Assembly: GCF_004010195.1 (NCBI RefSeq)
Contig: NC_057719.1
Location: forward strand, 94,355,468-94,419,467
DNA: 64,000 nucleotides
Reading direction: 5' to 3'
Origin: Chiloscyllium plagiosum
Lineage: Eukaryota
The notes under the pieces were generated by a model. It did no database searches, was not told where the DNA came from, and saw only the letters and a list, made by a program, of their open reading frames with translations. This document shows, one piece after another, positions 25,028-37,523 of this stretch. Both the position numbers and the translations under genes were made by a program. Each line of letters begins with the position of its first letter. Position 1 is the first letter of the stretch.

Positions 25028-25540
25028 TCAATAGACAATAGACAATAGATAATAGGTACAGGAGTAGGCCATTCTGCCCTTTAAGCCAGCACCACCATTC
25101 ATTATGATCATGGCTGATCATCTTCAATCAGTATCCTGTTCCTGCCTTATCCCCATAACCCTTGATTCCACTATCCTTAAGAGCTCTATCCAACTCTTTC
25201 TTGAAAGTATCCAGAGACTTGGCTTCTATATTCAATTCCTCTTGTTATGAAGGCCAGCATGCTATTAGCTTTCTTCACTATCTGCTAAACCTGCATGCTT
25301 GCTTTCATTGGCTGATGTACAAGAATACCGAGATCTCGTTGTACTGCCCCTTTATCTAACTTGACTCCATTTAGGTAGTAATCTGCCTTCCTATTTTGCC
25401 ACCAAAGTGGATAACCACACATTTATCCACATTAAACTGCACCTGCCATGCATCCGTCCACTCACCTAGCCTGTCCAGGTCACCCTGTATTCTCCTAACA
25501 TCCTCCTCACATTTCACCCTGCCACCCAGCTTTGTGTCAT
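25028..25540 (-). mobile_element. CR1-like LINE 3' fragment with internal deletion
   Basis: (CAATAGA)n tail; DTKLGGRV..IQGDLDRLGEW..FNVDKC. Confidence 0.85.
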
Positions 25541-25937
25541 AGGAAAGAGGAGGCAGCTGGACCCCACGAACTGGAATTCTGAAACTCATGCAAATAGTCA
25601 GAAGAATCATGGATGAAGGTCTGGGCTACAGGACAAGAGGAGGAAGAATAAAGTCAAGGTTGAAAGAGATAGATTCTGTGGGACAGGAACAAGTAGAAAC
25701 AATGGGCCTGCCTGGGCAGTTCTGTTGGTGGATTTTGGGAGACTTTGAGCTTAGAGGCTGTTTAGGAGGCTAAGGTCTAAGATTAGTGACTTTTGTGGAC
25801 ATAATAGGCTGATGTTTGATAGTGGGGTCATGGACTGGGGAAGAGAGGAGGAGATATCTGAGAGCTGACACTCAATTAGATGTCAGAACGTCAGACAAAA
25901 ACAGCACCACCCTTTATGGCATGCTTGATTACAAAGT

Positions 25938-26253
25938 GGGCGGCACAGTGGCACAGTGATTAGCACTGCTGCCTCACAGCACCAGAGACCCGGGTTCAAT
26001 TCCTGCCTCAGGCGACTGACTGTGTGGAGTTTGCACATTCTCTCCGTGTTTCCATGGGTTTCCTCCGGGTGCTCCGGTTTCCTCCCATAGTCCAAAAATG
26101 TGCAGGTTAGGTGAATTGGCCATGCTAAATTGCCCGTAGTGTTAGGTGAAGGGATGGTAAATGTAGGGGAATGGGTCTGTGTGGGTTGCGCTTCGGCAGG
26201 TCGGTGTGGACTTGTTGGGCCGAAGGGCCTGTTTCCACACTGTAAGTAATCTA
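25938..26253 (+). mobile_element. HE1-type V-SINE (tRNA-derived)
   Basis: A box TGGCACAGTGA, B box GGTTCAATTCC, V core tgtgtggagtttgcacattctc..gggtttcctccgggtgctccggtttcctccc, CR1-like tail. Confidence 0.92.
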
Positions 26254-26412
26254 AGTAAAAAGTCAGGGTTAGATCTAAGAGCATGAAGTGCAGTTAATTC
26301 AGAGAAAAATTAGAGAAATAAATTGACTGATGTGTCAACAGTTCTCAATGAATAGACTGACTGCAGGTAAGAGGCCAGAGGAAGGGCTCAAGGTAAACAA
26401 ATAATTGTGGAT

Positions 26413-26492
26413 GGAAATGTGTTGCTGGAAAAGCGCAGCAGGTCAGGCAGCATCTAGGGAACAGGAAAATCAACGTTTCGGGCATTAGCCCT
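26413..26492 (-). mobile_element. Family-B terminal fragment truncated in the HHR
   Basis: aaatgtgttgctggaaaagcgcagcaggtcaggcagcatc..cgtttcgggcattagccct. Confidence 0.85.
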
Positions 26493-26753
26493 CCCTGCTG
26501 TGTCTCTCCAATACCACACCCTGCTGTGTCTCTCCAATAACACACCGTGCTGTGTCTCTTCAATACGACACCCTGCTGTGTCTCTCCAATACCACACTCT
26601 GCTGTGTCTCTCCAATACCACATACTGCTGTTTCTCTCCAATACCACACCGCGCTGTCTCTCTCCAATACCACACCTTGCTGTTTCTCTTCAATACCCTC
26701 ACCGTGCTGTGTCTCTCCAATACCACACTGCGCTGTGTCTCTCCAGTCCCACA
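26493..26753. repeat. 26-bp minisatellite, 10 units
   Basis: Consensus ccctgctgtgtctctccaataccaca. Confidence 0.95.
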
Positions 26754-27094
26754 CTTTTTGATCATTGATAAGGTGGCATGTATTTGACAGAGTTATGTGA
26801 CACCATAAGATAAGACATACATTTGATACCTTCCTGTTCGCATTATCAGCACATGGAGGAGTCTGCTAACGAGGAGCTAACCAAATGGGTTCCAGTTTTT
26901 CTAGTCCCTAGTTCTCTGTAGCTATCAGTAACATGTACTGTATTTACCACTACTGCCTGATGCCTCATAAGAGACGATATTGTGAGTCAAATAGAATGTA
27001 ACTAGCTACTAATACTATGCAATAAACCTATTCTGTTCAACAAGACTGAGCCTTCCTTTTGCCGAAGACCTTGTGTGGTCCTTCCCTGCCTACA

Positions 27095-28350
27095 GGAACT
27101 AGAGTTGGCCATTGAGCTCCTTGAGATTCAATGAGATCATAGCTGATGTGTGACCTAACTCCATACTGCTGCCTTTGGCCCCTTTCCCTTCATATCTTTG
27201 CTTAACAAAAGAATTGTCCAACTCAGATTTATTATTAATAACTGATCCAGCAACAGTTGCCATTTGTGGAGAAGAATTTCAACTCTCTACCGTCCTTTGT
27301 GTGGAGATGCTCTTCCGAACTTCCCTCCTGTTTGGTTCTAATTCTCAGACTCAGCAACAGTCGCTTAAGTTAATCTCAACGTGAATGATTGGTGGTAATG
27401 AATCTATCCAAAGCATCTCAGGTGGTTCAGGTAGATATGACCACAACATACCACAAGCAGACAGTGGTTCTGATTTTGTCATAGATACCAAATGGCATTT
27501 TTGGTAAGGTTCCCATGTAGCATCTGTGGTACATATGCACGCTCACTCTTGACAGGAGGTTAAATTGATACCAGTTCCACCATTTTCCATCCTCATGCTT
27601 CAGCCAAACTATTCTCCTGACCTCGTTTGGATGAACTACAGTGAATAGGCGTACGGATCACTGCCCACTCCTTCCCTCACCTCTTCAGTCCTGTTTACTT
27701 CGGTTATCAATTATTTAAAGTTTTTTGGCTGTGTTACTTCTTCTGCCTATTGTTGTGATTCTACATACTTCTGTTCAATGATAGTTTTTAAGTTTTGGAA
27801 GTCTCTCGGACTGGTCTGGCAGGTGTTCTAGTATTTCAGGCTTCAGCACTAAGGAACAAGTCTCGGGCATGAGACATTATTAAAAGGCCTTCCCTCTCCC
27901 TAATGAAGAATGAGAAGAGCCCTCCCGCCCCCCCCGTTCGCCCCCACTAAAAACGTATGGTCAACTGATGGAAGAAGAAGGATGAGAAGGTGGGGGAAGA
28001 AAGGTTCCAAGGAAAAGGCTAAACCCCATCAGGCTGCTAAGACAGTGATCCCCATACATAAACCATAGTGATGATGAATGTTCTAGAGATGTAAACTTTG
28101 ATTAAATATGGCCTGTATCGATCAGAGGTTAGAAAAAACATTTTTTTCCAGAAAAAAATGGAAGGCAATCTTTTGAAACACATTAAATCCTCGGACGACT
28201 TGACAAGATGGATACGGAAAGGACACTTCTCCTTTTAGGATAGACTAGAAGTGCAGGACATTGTTTAAAAGTTAAATGTCTTCCTTTAAGGCAGAGAAGA
28301 ATAGAGCTCAGTTTTTCTCAGAGGTTCATTCATCTTTGGAATTCTTGTAC
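27095..28350. mobile_element. Old CR1-like fragments (27095-27350 minus; about 28050-28350 plus)
   Basis: Degraded 3' UTR and RT C-terminal similarity to other copies in the window. Confidence 0.5.
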
Positions 28351-29257
28351 ATTCAAACAGATGAATTAGGAGCAGGATGTCTCTGCAGGAGTTCCTGAGG
28401 GTAGGGTCCTATGTCTCACCATTTTCAGCTTCATCCTTCCTTCATGAAGTCAGAAGTGGAGATGTTCTCTGGTGATTGCACAGTGTTCACCACCATTCGC
28501 AACTTCCGTCCATCACCTTCTCTCGGGCAGCTAGGGAAAGACAAGAAATGATATTTCAGCCAGTGATGCACATGTCATGAAATAATTAAAAATTCTCCCT
28601 TTTTAGGACCATCACTTTGGAGTCTCCATGACTCCTCATCAGGATCTCTCTCTCCCTCTCCAGTCAGTCACTGAATTTCCAACCACAGTCATTTGTGCTG
28701 TATCAGCCCTCTTTCAAAGAATTTAATGCCTGACTTTAGAAATTTGGTGTGCCCTCAGATGATCTGATGATATTATTGGTGGTGATGACAGAAACTGCTT
28801 TTATTCCGGCCTTTTCAGTTGATCCTATCATGTGGTTTACTGACAAAGACGCTGCCCAAAAGTCCCAAAAATAACATTTTGCCTTTATCATATTTCATCT
28901 TGATCATAACCACTTCTATATCCTGGCTTCCTAAACCTAAGTGATCCTTCGATAGTGTACAAATGCCAGCATTAATTAACACAGCCAACCTTTCACTTTT
29001 CCTAAATTCCTATCCTTCCTAAATGCTAATCTCCTTCAATATTCAGGTCCTAGTCAATGTGATTCTTCAGCTATTTCTCAGGAATACCTACCAGATTGTA
29101 CCTATTTATTTCCAGTTGCGCAACCAGTTCATTCTTTTACACATATTAGGTGCTTTCAAAAACAGAATCTTTAGTTTTGTCCTGTTATGATTTCATTAAC
29201 CTCTAATCCTATCTGTTAGTTGACTCCTGCTAACACCTTTCTCTCTTGCCTTATGCC

Positions 29258-29550
29258 CGGAACTAGATGGCATAAGGTGAGAGGGGAAAGATTTAAAAAT
29301 GACCCAAAGGGCAACTTGTTCACACAGGAGGTGGTGCACATATGGAATGACCTGCCAGAGGAAGTGGTGGAGGCTGGTACAATTACAACATTTAAAAGGC
29401 ATCTGGATGGGTATATGAACAGGAAGGGTTCAGAGGCATATGGGCCAAATGTTGACAAGTGCAACTAGATTTATTTAGGATATCTGGTCGGCATGGACAA
29501 GTTGGACTGAAGGGTTTGTTTCTGTGCTGTACATCTCTATGACTCTATGT
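29258..29550 (+). mobile_element. CR1-like LINE 3' end
   Basis: KVRGERFKNDPKGNLFTQEVVHIWNDLPEEVV; ctctatgactctatg tail. Confidence 0.9.
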
Positions 29551-30391
29551 CTACTCTTTTTGATTCCTTCATTTATGGGATGTAGGCATTGCATTATAGA
29601 TCCAAGATTTAAAATATACCACAGTCTGCTTTTTTAAAATGTATTCATTTTTGTGGGATGTGAGCGTCACTGGCTGGGCCTAGCAATTATTGCCTGTCTG
29701 TCGTTACCCCCTTGAGAAGGTGGTGGTGAGCTGCCTTCTTGAACTGCTGCAGTCCATGTGCTGGGGTTGACCCACAATGCCATTAGGGAGGGAATTCCAT
29801 ACCAGCACAAATCTTGAGACTCACCCAACAAAATGCTGCAGGACTTCTCCAGACCAGGTCAGGCAGACTTCAATGATAAATACACATTAACACAAATGTA
29901 TAATTTAGGAGCTGAAGTAGGCCATTCGGCCCACCAAGGGTGCTGCACAATTTGCTAAAAGCATGGCTATCTGATTGTAATCTCTACTTTCCTGTTTACC
30001 TTTGATACCCTTTGATTTTCTTATCAACCAAGAATTTTTTAAACTCAGGATGAAATTAAATCAGACGTCCTGTCTCCACAGGTCTCAGCTCAAGAGATCA
30101 AGAGCAAATATATCTCTAGGCCAAAGGAAGTTCGGCTCAGAGTCAATGAGCTGGGGGCCAAGCTGTAGACACTGCAATACATCAGGGAGGGCAAGTTACC
30201 TGGATAGTTTGTAGCAAGTGGTGGTCACTCCCTTTAACACAGAGCATTCTTGATGACCACGAGTGAGACAGTTAACAGGATTCAGGGGCATTTGCAACGG
30301 GTTTCATTCACTGTGTTTTAGGATGTGTCATCCGTGTTTCCAGCTCAGCCTTCCAGGTTATTCCATAGCTCTGTTTACTTTTGGAGTCTTC

Positions 30392-30870
30392 GAGATCTAT
30401 AGCACAGAAAAGGCTCTCAGGCCCATCAAGTCTGCACTGGTCTCATCTTGTAGTCCAGTCTTTTTGCCATGGCCATGACTGGACATCGCAAGTGCAAATC
30501 CAAATTCTTCTTTGATGTTAGGAGGGTCTGTGCCTCTACCACCCCTACGGACTGTGAGTTCCAGACTCCAACTGGGTGAAGAGGCTGTTTTCTCCCATTA
30601 CCTTTAAACCTCTTGTCCCGTACCTTCAATCTCTGCCTCTTGTCATTGACCCCACCACCAACAGGATATATTTCTTCCCATTTATCCTATCTCTGCCCTT
30701 TATAATTTCATACATCTCAGTCATGACCCTTCTCAATCTCCTCTGCTCTAAGGAAATTAACCCTGGTCTGTCCAATCTCTCTGTGTAACTTGAACTCTCC
30801 AATCCAGGCAAACTCTCCTGGTAAATCTCCTCTGCACCCCCTCCAATATAATCACACCCCTCCCTCTATT
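30392..30870 (-). mobile_element. Old CR1-like LINE 3' fragment
   Basis: MPGLESSSYTERLDRPGLISLEQRRLR. Confidence 0.8.
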
Positions 30871-30917
30871 CTTCCTTTTACACATTCCAGACTGAAACAA
30901 TCAAGTACGGTGACCAT

Positions 30918-31272
30918 CATAGAGTCATAGAGTCATAGAGATGTACAGAATGGAAACAGAGCCTTCGGTCCAACCCATCCATGCCGACCAGATATCCCAA
31001 CCCAATCTAGTCTCACCTGCCATCACCCGGCCCATATCCCTCCAAACCCTTCCTACTCATATACCCATCCAAATGCCTCTTAAATGTTGCAATTGTACCA
31101 GCCTCCACTACTTCCTCTGGCAGCTCATTCCATACATGTACCGCCCTTTGCGTGAAAAAGTTGCCCCTTAGGTCTCTTTTATATCTTTCCCCTCTCAACA
31201 CCTGCTGCGCTTTTCCAGCAACACATTTCCATCTCTGATCTCCAGCATCTGCAGACCTCACTTTCTCCTCAA
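30918..31272. mobile_element. CR1 3' end (minus, 30918-31196) abutting a family-B tail (plus, 31200-31272)
   Basis: (CATAGAGT)n tail; then cctgctgcgcttttccagc..gcagacctcactttctcctc. Confidence 0.85.
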
Positions 31273-31721
31273 ATAATTGTGGAGACTGATGAAGTCTCTG
31301 TGAGATTAGGAGAGGACTCCTGTCTGAAGGAATGAGCGCGAAGGTGAAGGCAATAGAAGAAGAGTTCAACATCATGTTATGCCCGAAATTCATTGAGGTT
31401 AGAGCGCAGAGGGAGAAACTAAGACCTTTGCTGATTTCAGACCATATAGCATCAGAGATGGAAGATAAGAAGGTATGGTAAATACCTGACAAAAGGTGGG
31501 GTTAGGAGAAGGGATGGAGATAGAGGGAGAGAAGGGGAGGAAGGTTTTAGAGGGACATGGATACCTCTGAGTTGTTGAAGCTTGCATTCCTTAATGCCTA
31601 AAAGCAGGAGAAAATATTTCTTGCTAGAATGTGGAACAAGCTAGAGGATTAAATGGAAGTTGGATGGATTGGGATGCTAGGATGCAGGACAGCTCTGAGA
31701 TAACGTGAGGCAGTGTTGATG

Positions 31722-31818
31722 GAGCTGAAAATGTGTTGCTGGAAAAGCGCAGCAGGTCAGGCAGCATCCAAGGAACAGGAGAATCGACTTTTCGGGCATG
31801 AGCCCTTCTTCAGGAATG
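31722..31818 (-). mobile_element. Family-B mini-element with HHR
   Basis: Reverse complement ATTC-CTGAAGA-A-GGGC(TCAT)GCCC-GAAA-AG-TC-GATT; no clear TSD. Confidence 0.85.
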
Positions 31819-32215
31819 AGGTGAGCAAGTTTGAAAGTGAGCATATTTGTGATCCTGGGTGGATTCAAAACATGACAGATGAAACTTGAGTTGGAACCTA
31901 CTTTGGGTGAGTCTGAGCCGGAGGCTGTGATGTGGCTGTGGAAGCAAATGTTGCCAAATACCTTGTCAAACACCATGAGCAATAACAAAAATAATGACAA
32001 TGAGCCCAAAAAGAAAGGTTAGAATGGAAATTCTGTCTAAGAGAGGAGCAGAACTTCAAGATGGGCATAGCTGGAAGAGATGTAGCAGTGAGTTAAATGT
32101 GAAAATAAAATAACAAAAAACTGTGAATGCTAGAAATCTGAAATAAATTTTGAAATTACTGGAGATACTTAGCAAGTCTGGTAGCATCTTGGAGAGAAAG
32201 CGGAGTTACTGTTTC

Positions 32216-33675
32216 ATAAAACATTGAATGTTACAGTGCAGAACAGGCCCTTCGGCCCTCGATGTTCCGCTGACCTGTGGAACCAATCTGAAGCCTATCT
32301 ATCCTACACTATTCCATTTTCATTCATATTTTTATCCAATGACCGTTTAAATGCCCATAAAGTTGGCAATTCTATTACAGTTGCAGGCAGTGTGTTTCAC
32401 ATCCCTTCTACTCTCTGAGTAAAGAAACTACCTCTGACATCTGTCCTATATCTATCAGCCCTCAATTTAAAGCTACATCCCCTCATGCTAGCCATCACCA
32501 TCCAAGGAAAAAGGTTCTCACTGTCCACCCTATCTAACCCTCTGATTATCTTATATGTCTCAATTAGGTAACCTCTCAATATTCTCTCTAACAAAAACAG
32601 CCTCAAGTCCCTCAGCATTTCCTCAAAAGACCTTCCCTCCATATCAGGCAACATCCTAGTAAATCTCCTCTGGACCCTTTCCAAAGCTTCCACATCTTTC
32701 CTATAATGCGGTGATCAGGACTGTACACAATACTCTAAGTGCGGCTGCACTAGTGTCTTGTACAGCTGCAGCATGACCTCATGGCTCCGAAACTCAATCC
32801 CTCTACCAATAAAAGCTAATACAGTGTATGCCTTCTTAACAGCCCTATCAACCTGGGTGGCAACTTTCAGGGATCTATGTGCATGGTCACCAAGATCTCT
32901 CTGCTCGTCTCCACAACCAAGAATATTACCATTATCCCAGTAATCTTTTTTTTTCTGTTGCTTCTTCCAAAGTGAATCACCTTACATTTTTCCACATTAA
33001 ACTCCATTTGCCACCTCTCAACCCAGTTCTGCAGCTTACCTATGTCCCTCTGTAACCAGCAACATCCTTCAGCACTATCCACTACTCCACTGACCTTAGT
33101 GTCATCGGCAAATTTACTAACCCATCCTTCCACACCCTCATCTACGTCATTGATAAAAATGACAAACAGCAGTGGCCCCAAAGCAAATCCTTGCGGTAGC
33201 TGAAAATGTGTTGCTGGAAAAGCGCAGCAGGTCAGGCAGCATCCAAGGAACAGGAGAATCGACGTTTCGGGCATAAGCCCTTCTTCAGGAATCGCTGATC
33301 TCCAGCATCTGCAGTCCTCACTTTCTCCTCGAAGATCCTTGCGGTACCCCACTAGTAACTGAACTCCAGGATGAAGATTTCCCATCAATCACCACCCTCT
33401 GTCTTCTTTCAGCTATCCAATTTCTGATCCAAACTGCTAAATCACCCTCAATTCCATGCCTCCGTACTTTATGCAACAGCCTACTGTGGGGAACCTTATC
33501 AAATGCCTTGCTGAAATCCATATACACCACATCAACCACTTAACCTTCATCCACCTGTTTGGTCATCATCTCAAAAAAACTCAGTAAGGTTTGTGAGGCA
33601 TGACCTACCCTTCACAAAACTGAGTTGACTATCCCTAATCAACGTATTCCTCTCTAGATGACTATGAATCCTATA
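32216..33675 (-). mobile_element. CR1-like LINE RT and 3' end
   Basis: VDVVYMDFSKAFDKVPH, SGVPQG, FADDTK, ERVQRRFTRMLP. Confidence 0.93.
33199..33334. mobile_element. Family-B mini-insert: inverted HHR segment plus sense tail
   Basis: 12-bp TSD ATCCTTGCGGTA (33187-33198 and 33335-33346); intact HHR core at 33257-33292 (-). Confidence 0.92.
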
Positions 33676-36600
33676 TCTTTGGGTTCAGTGAGCCCACTTC
33701 AGAGCTATCAATCTGCCAGACTCTCTTTGTCTCTTTGGGCTTTGTCTCCATCTTTTGCTCCCACCCACCACCTCCTCACTCGCTATTTTCAGTATAAATA
33801 CCGAGTTACGAATAGTGAAAGTTTGTTTGGCTGCTGCAGACCTGCTGATTTACTTCTGATCTGACAGCTTTTCTATGTATTTTTACCACCAGGCTGAACC
33901 GCTACCTAATAACTAATCTCATAGTTTTGACACACAGAGGTCCACTGTCATTAATAGCTATTCACTAGTCCACACCAATAAGCTTCACTTGGAGACAACT
34001 CCTGTAAATGGCTCCAGTTTGTCTACACTTGAATGTAACTCTCTGCCACACTGAAGGAATTCTCAAAGGACATCTTATTCCTTGCTTTTCAAATGCAGCC
34101 ATCCCTGTAAATCCCTAGGCTTAAAACAGTTATTTTTGCTTTCAATCCATTGTTTTAAAGATGGCAAAACATTACCTACTTCAGCAAATGTGGTAGAAAG
34201 TTGAGAATGCAGGTTGAGGCCAAAACATTGTGTTTTCAAGAAGGAGGTTGATACAGCTCTTGTGGCTAAAGGGATCAAGGGATTTGGTGGTGAGTGAGGG
34301 TGGGATAAGCTATTGAACTCAATGATTCACCATGATTATTTTGAATGGTGGACCAGGCTTGAAGGGTCAAATGCATACTCCTGCTCCTATCTTCTCTGTT
34401 TATAGGTTTAAATATTCTTGAATATTCAGATTCTACCTGTGGTCACTTTGAAACCATGTCTCTGATATGCTGATATATCATTCTTGTGATTATCTCTTTG
34501 GGCAGTCAATTCATCCATTTCATTTTGAATGCTGCATACCTTCAGATGTGCAGCTTTCAATTCTATCTTCTAATGTGTTCCCATTCTTACCTTATTTACT
34601 GATGCATTCACATGTTTGTGTGCTTTGTCCGATCCTGTCTCTTTCTGCTCTGTTAGTGGGAGTCACTTTCAGAGCTAGGTTCCTCAGGTAGTCAGAAGAC
34701 TTGGTGTTGAATTGAAAGTCTAAAAATTCAACTATTCATCAAAGGATCGCATGCAAGTTACATCATTAAAACTCTCATTATTGGACAACCAATCTGTATT
34801 GTTTATTTTGCACAACAAAAGCCTTTGCATATCCTGTTGCTCCTCTTTCCTGTGCAGAAACCAAAAATTTGTTTCCAGCATAGAAAGATAGTAAGATTCT
34901 CTAGTTGATTTGGTGTGTTGGCATCATTTGAATTTGAAATTATCTATGGAAGTTCATTTATCTTGGAATTTGGTGGATGTTTTCCAACCATGTCCTGCTT
35001 AACCACCCAGCTATCAAAATTAAATTGCCAAGCAGGCACTTGAGTTGAAAAATGCACACTCTGATGCAATGATTACTATCGATACATACATTTTGATAGT
35101 TAATGGACAGTACAAAGGAAGCACATGCATTGGCATAGGAAAAATGAACAAGTGGCTTATAATCAAAATGTTGCTTGTAGTTTAAAAGGACATTGACAAT
35201 ATTTTGCTAAACTAAATGCCAGGGCCCAGTAATATAAAATCCACATTAAATTAAAGAATTCCAGGCTACTGACCGTATTTGAAATATTTTTATTGCTCAA
35301 ATGTTTGCCACAAGTGTTTGTTTTATGTTAACATTCATAACTGGTCATTTTGAGAAGTAATTAGTATTTTAATAATTTGTGTATACCAAGTAAAATATTC
35401 TGTAATCTGTTGAATAAGCAACATTTTATTATGTTACAAGTCATATTACTACCATATACAAGTGGTGTATAGCATTTATGTGAAAATTGATCCAGTGAAT
35501 CTATTTTTCTTCATGTTCCAATTCGTTGAGATGTGTACTTAGTATCTCTGCCGAATGACAGAAAATTGGATATGTGCTCTACTCTGCAGAAGAGAAACAG
35601 CCAGTGTACTAGATCAAATCAGTTAAATTTATTTCAAAATTTAAAATATAAAATTAGATTTTGAAATTATAAAAAAGAATATTTCATCCAAATTTAGTTC
35701 AGAATTCTAAAATAAAACAAAAAATTACAGATACTAGAAATAGGGTTAGTTCAGAAGAAGGAGCCAAAATGTTGTTTCTGCTTTTTCTCTTAACAAATGC
35801 TGCCAGACTTGTTGGGTTTTTCCAGCAATTTCATTTTTTGGTTTGAGGGTTTTGAAGTATATATTTGGTTAATGGTACCAAAATATTGCTTGCTTAAAAT
35901 GTTAATCGTTAATGGTATTTGATGTCTTCACTCAATAAGATATATGTTTGAAGTGGTGCAGTTAAGCTGTAATTGCATTTCTAAAAAAAATCTCCAGCTG
36001 ACAAGAAAGGATTATTATGATTTCAATCTTTTTAGTCAGTTTCAGAAAATACTTTTCCATTCAAGATTTCATAGTTTATATATTTCCAAACTAACAAAGG
36101 TAGGTCATTTAGCTGCTCAAGCCACTTTGAGCATTTCATGTCTGATCCGTGAAATAACTCCTTTACTTCGTATCACTTAGTTTCTTTTTAACCCAAAGAT
36201 ATTATCAAGATCAGATCTAAAATTAACCTAGCATCAATTATCAATGGTAGAAGGGTGTTCCAAACTCTGTCACTTCTTAAATCAGAAAGTAATGTTTAAT
36301 TTCATTCCTGAAAGGTCTGTTTCTAATGTTTAGGTTGTGTGACCCAGCCCTAGACTTCACTCTTTACATATTATCTGTTCACTTTCTTGAGGTTACAGCT
36401 TATGTTTGAGTACAATTCTGCCGCTGTTGATGGCTCACACTTCCTCATGGATACCCAGTATTGAGTTGCTAGCTGTGTTTGAAGTCCATTTGAGATTGCA
36501 TGATGATAGTAGTACACAATACACTGGAGGGTCTTCTCAATGTGAAAATGAGATTTTGTCTCCACAAGAACTGTACAATGGTCAGTCCTACTGATACTGT

Positions 36601-36711
36601 CAAATATTGTGGTGGCATGCAATTTGTGAGGATCAGGTTAAGTATGTTTTTTCTTCTTGTTCCTTCCCTCACCACCTGCCACAGACTTGGGCTGGCATCT
36701 AATTTTCTGCC

Positions 36712-37140
36712 TGGGAACCCTGCAGCCTTTGGGACTCAATATTGAGTTCAATAATTATCAGGCCTGAGTGCCTTCTCCTCTGTCCTTACCCCACACACCA
36801 GGCCTTGTCATTACTTGGGCTGATACCACAACCAACTCATTGTCAGCCACTAATGGTCCCCATTAGTAGCTATTGATTTTCCCAGGCTGACCTTTACCTA
36901 TTCCTTTGTTTGTCCAACTGTTGTTCTCTCTCTGGACTTCATCTCCACCTATCATTTAACTCTTCCCACTTCCTCCCACCTCCTCCCCCCTTTATCTAGC
37001 ATATACAACAATTTTGAAGAAGGGTCACTGAATCCAAAACATTACCTCTGTTTTCTCTCCACAGATGCTGCCTGCTGCGTTTTCCCAGCAATTGCTCTTT
37101 TTGTTTCCAATTTCCAGTATTTGCGGTTTTTTGTGTTTTT
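36712..37140 (+). mobile_element. Old Penelope 3' end (family C) with decayed HHR
   Basis: LGTLQPLGLNIEFNN, pyrimidine-rich UTR, ttgaagaagggtcactgaatccaaaacatt, cacagatgctgcc tail. Confidence 0.7.
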
Positions 37141-37141
37141 C

Positions 37142-37510
37142 AAATGTCCTAGCAAACCTTTTTAGGACCATCACCAGAGCTTCCACATCCTTCCCATAGT
37201 GTGACCACTGCATATAATATTCCACATGTGGCTTAACAAAAGTTTTATGCAGCTGCAACATGACTTATCAAGATTTTTTATTCAGTGCCCCGACCAATGA
37301 AGGAAAGCATGCCATACACTTTCTTTGCCACCTTAGCTACTTACGTTGCTACTTTTAGGGAGCTATGGTCTTTCAAGCCATGATCCCTCTCAACATCAGT
37401 GCTCCTTAGGGTCCTGCCATTCCTTTTGCATTTGACCTTCCAAGCTGCATCACCTCACACTTGTCTTTCTTAACCTCTGTCTGCCGTTTGTCTGCCCAAC
37501 TTTCCAACTG
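37142..37510 (-). mobile_element. Old CR1-like fragment
   Basis: MLQLHKTFVKPHVEYYMQW. Confidence 0.75.
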
Positions 37511-37523
37511 ATGTACAGAAGGA

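Larger units (their letters stand above)
22575..25880 (-). mobile_element. Old Penelope-like element (family C terminus), fragmented by three CR1 insertions
   Basis: Reverse complement gives LPKIHQQNCPGRPIVS (about 25695-25745), GVAGGT..ACLFVGYVE (about 24805-24870), PTVAYHFN; decayed HHR near 22797-22833. Confidence 0.78.
32100..33870. mobile_element. Old family-C terminal element split inside its HHR by a CR1
   Basis: ..ggagagaaagcggagttactgtttc stops at about 32215 and resumes gggttcagtgagcccacttcagagct at about 33680. Confidence 0.55.

Noticed and set aside
25938..26010. tRNA gene
   Set aside because: A and B boxes belong to a V-SINE head that continues into the V core and LINE tail; the same applies at 48713
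26493..26753. CRISPR-like array or repeat-protein ORFs
   Set aside because: Head-to-tail units without unique spacers, no cas genes, eukaryotic context; the ORFs arise from the periodicity
26797..27090. Solo or 3' LTR
   Set aside because: TG start and AATAAA present, but no partner LTR, polypurine tract or TSD could be confirmed
31677..32009. Recurrent peptide PEEGLMPETSILL..CCLTCCAFPA in many ORFs as a Cys-rich gene family
   Set aside because: It is the translation of the non-coding family-B repeat
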